From Antechinus flavipes (Eukaryota), in contig NC_067402.1 in assembly GCF_016432865.1 (NCBI RefSeq), forward strand, positions 286,068,001 to 286,132,000: a DNA stretch of 64,000 bases. The letters are read 5' to 3'. The translations under genes were made by a program, and so were the position numbers. Positions 60,816 to 64,000 of this stretch are shown here, one piece after another. Position 1 is the first letter of the stretch, and each line of letters opens with the position of its first letter. Under the pieces are notes generated by a model. The model was not told where the DNA came from. It was given only the letters and a program-made list of their open reading frames with translations, and ran no database searches.

Positions 60816-62316
60816 GAATGTTTTTATTTTCACAAGCCTCTATTTTTTCTCCATGCTGCAAAGAATGAACATCTGTGCAACGAATACCTACCTACAAACC
60901 AGAATAGGGCAGGAAATTTAAGGCCAGAAGCTTCAAACCGCAAAATTGCTTGTTTCCCCCTCCCCTACTTCTTTTGAAATCATTCGAGACAAACCTTTCA
61001 GACTCAGAGTTCTTTTTTTCGGTAAAAGCACCTTTTCCCACACTGAATCAGTAAAAATTTCCATTCAGCAGGGAAGAGAGAATGAACTTTTGCTGAGAAA
61101 CCTGAGTTTTGAGTCCCTTCACTCATGCAATCACTGGCCATCACTCAGGGAAACTTTAAATCCAACCAAACCCCTTCTATTAATCTCACTGGGGAAAGAT
61201 TTGGAAAAAGCCAAACCCTAATTTTAATTTGGTGTGAATCAGACAAAAAGTGGTCTCCCATTGAGGCATGGGGTACTCATTTGATAGTCTTGCACCCTAC
61301 CTTTTCCAGGACAAATCTTGAAGTGGGAGTAGTTGAGGGGATGACATGGGAAGGGGCAAGGACAGGATCATCTTGTCTTTAAAGGGGCTTTTGTGGTACT
61401 TAAGTGGTCCCTTGATGAATGCTTAACACTGATGGACTGATGGACTTCTTGACCCTCCAAATATTGTATACAATCAGGAGACCAAGCTATAAATATCAAC
61501 TTTGGAGATTTTGTATAACTGAGGCAAACAACTAACATAGTTAAACTTTGCTTTGAGTGATTTTTCATAAAAGGTGCCACCTTTCCCCTAATAAATATCA
61601 AGTTCATTAGGAACTTTGCCTAATTTCTGAGTTCCACAATAAAATCTCCGGAGGATGAGCCTTCCCATCGCGAGATAAGAAAGAGAAAGCTCGCTGTAGG
61701 AGGGCTAAAGAAATAGTAAAGATACATAGCTTTTATACAAGAAATTACATCACAAATAAGAGAGCATTGAGAAGGGGAGGGGGAGGCATCTAATTGGTTG
61801 TTGCTATTTGGGGAGATTGGAATGGAAGGTTTCTGTTTCTCTGAAATAATCTGATTTCTAGGAAACAGAAAGTCAGGCCTTCAGGCTTAATCAAGCAGAC
61901 AGTGGTCCAGCTAATAGATTAAATATCCATAAATGTCAAATACCAATAAATGTCATCAGCTCAGGTTAAGTAAATATGTTTCTAGCTGGCCAAGGCTCAA
62001 GTAGATATGAGCCTGCCCATATTATACAGGTCATAGGGGAGAGACAGAAATAATAAAATATAGAAGAAGAATTCATACATTCCTATAAGTTCTTCACCTT
62101 ATCCATTCCCCACACCTGGAATGGAAGATTTCACCATTTATGATACCAAGCTTTTTTTTAACCAATCATAACTTATTCCCTGACTCTGTTTTTTATTCTT
62201 TGTTTTATACTCCCCAAAAACAAACAAACAAACAAAAAAAAAGAGCAGTCCCTCTCGTTTGCAGGTCTAAGTTATTTATTGGCAAATTTGCACTTGGCTA
62301 ATAAAATGATTATGCA

Positions 62317-62466
62317 GGGCAGCTAGGTAGTGCAGTGGTTAGAGCACCAGCCCTGAAGTCAGGAGGACCTGAGTTCAAATTTGACCTCAGACACTTAGCA
62401 CTTCCTAGCTGTGTGACTCTGGGCAAGTCACTTAACCCAATTGCCTCAGCAATAAATAAATGAATG
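62317..62466 (+). mobile_element. Full-length WSINE1-type SINE with perfect 17-bp TSD
   Basis: A/B-box head 'gggcagctaggtagtgcagtggttagagcaccagccctgaagtcaggaggacctgagttcaaat'. TSD AATAAAATGATTATGCA at 62300-62316 and 62467-62483. Confidence 0.93.
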
Positions 62467-62867
62467 AATAAAATGATTATGCATAGAACTTTGTGCCTCA
62501 GTTTACCTTATTTTAATTGTTACACTTCCCTAGAACAATACTGATGTGCTTTAGGAGCAGGCGTTTTCAGCACTGAATGAAGAGACTGTAAGCACCAAAT
62601 GATGTGATTTGGTCATGTGAAAAATGAATAATGGCCTTTCTCTTTGGCAAAGGATAGGTTTATTTAGGAGAAGAGGTTCAGAAAAAATGAAGAGACATAA
62701 TAGACACATCAGAAATGGTAAATATAAACTAGAGTTGGAAGAACATATAATTAGCAAGAAAAATATTTTAACAATTGATAATGGAAAAGACAAGTTCCCC
62801 AATGGAACTCTTTTGGCTGACAGGTTAAATCTATAAAAGCTTTCCACCCTAAAAGAGTTAGTTAACA

Positions 62868-63735
62868 GGTTTGTATCCCAAAGAAATCATAAAAAAAGGG
62901 AAAAGGACCCACATGTGCAAAAATGTTGGTAGCAACCCTTTATGAAGTGGCAAGAAATTAGAAAATGAGTGGATGCCAGTCAGTTGGGAATGGCTGAATA
63001 AGTTATGGTACATTCATGTTGTTCTAGAAGAAACCATCAGGATTGCAATAAGATAACTGTATAAATATGTATTCATATATTGGATTTAACATATATTTTA
63101 ACATATTTAACATGTGTTGGACTACCTGCCTTCCTAGGGGAGGAGGTAGGGGAAAAATTTGGAACAGAAAGTTTTGCAAAGGTCAGTGTTGAAAAATTAC
63201 ATGTTTTGTAAATAAAACGCTTTAATAAAATTAAAAAAGAAAGAAAGAAAGCACCAGCAGGATGATTTCAGAAAAGCCTGGAAAGACCACGAAGCTAAGT
63301 GAAGTGAGCAGAACCAAGGGAACATTATATACGGCAACAAGGTTATGTGATGATCAACTATGATGGACTTGGCTCTTTTCAACAATGTGGTGATTCAAAG
63401 CAATCCCAATAGACTTGTGATGGCAAATGCCAGCAACATCCAGAGAGGGAACTATGGAGACTGAAGGTGGATCAAAGCATAATGTTTTCTTCTTTGTTGT
63501 TGTTGTTTGCTTGTTTTTTTTTTTTTTTTTTTTATCCTCATTTCCCCCCACTTTTGATCTGATTTTTCTTGTGCAACATATGGAACTATATTTAGAAGAA
63601 CTGCACATTTAACCTATATCAGATTTCTTGTTATCTAGGGAAGGGGAAAGGGATTGAAAGACAAGATTTTGCAAAGATGAATGTTAAATGTTAAAAATTA
63701 CCTTTGCAAACCTTTGGAAAAAATAAAAAGCTAAA
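62868..63735 (+). mobile_element. L1 3' end with a nested short L1 tail at about 63045-63245
   Basis: 'ggtttgtatcccaaagaaatcat...ggacccacatgtgcaaaaatg' through the UTR, interrupted by a second tail and an A/GAAA tract. Confidence 0.8.
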
Positions 63736-64000
63736 AGGAGAAAGATACCATGAAGCAGTCTCATGGAGAGTTATAACCCAAAAGGGAGAGATTCACAGGG
63801 GAACCTCAGGGATTTGACGTAACATGGATTTCTGACCAGACATAGTAAAGTGGGGCTGTCCACAACCTCCATAGTGGGATTAAAAGATTAAACTGTGCCC
63901 AGTAAGTATACTTCCCTGCCTGGGGCAGGGGAGGGAGAGCAATTCCATCAATACTCCAGTCCCTTTCCTTCAACTTTACCCTGTTTTTCAGGAACTCATC

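Noticed and set aside
61390-62870. LTR-like stretches with TATA/AATAAA motifs
   Set aside because: No TG...CA termini with a matching TSD identified, and orientation is ambiguous.
59800-64000. Search for EIF3L exon 1 and the human MIR658/MIR659 hairpins
   Set aside because: No EIF3L-like N-terminus found, and no basis to call miRNAs from sequence alone.

Overview
Mammalian genomic DNA, inferred to be marsupial (dasyurid-like) from its WSINE1/MAR1-type SINEs and marsupial-type L1 3' ends. It is syntenic with human 22q13.1. Four intact protein-coding genes could be assembled by hand with GT-AG boundaries and matching phases: H1-0 (+, single exon, 933-1508, 191 aa), GCAT (+, 9 exons, 5178-19960, 425 aa), GALR3 (+, 2 coding exons, 29938-33347, 369 aa) and ANKRD54 (-, 8 exons, 59096-50722, 294 aa). 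I found no EIF3L exon, although it is the next gene in human. The rest is L1, SINE and LTR remnants, microsatellites, minisatellites and three assembly gaps. No novel protein-coding system is supported; most long ORFs in the track are GC-rich or low-complexity shadows. The best leads are regulatory and structural: a near-perfect RE1/REST site in an ANKRD54 intron, a tandem CTCF pair, an orphan CpG island plus a cryptic 57-nt exon suggesting a longer GALR3 5' structure, a minisatellite inside the GALR3 3'UTR, a Musashi-element cluster in the H1-0 3'UTR, and two solo LTRs inserted 5 nt apart on the L1 3'-tail consensus. All motif calls are by eye and need computational or experimental confirmation.
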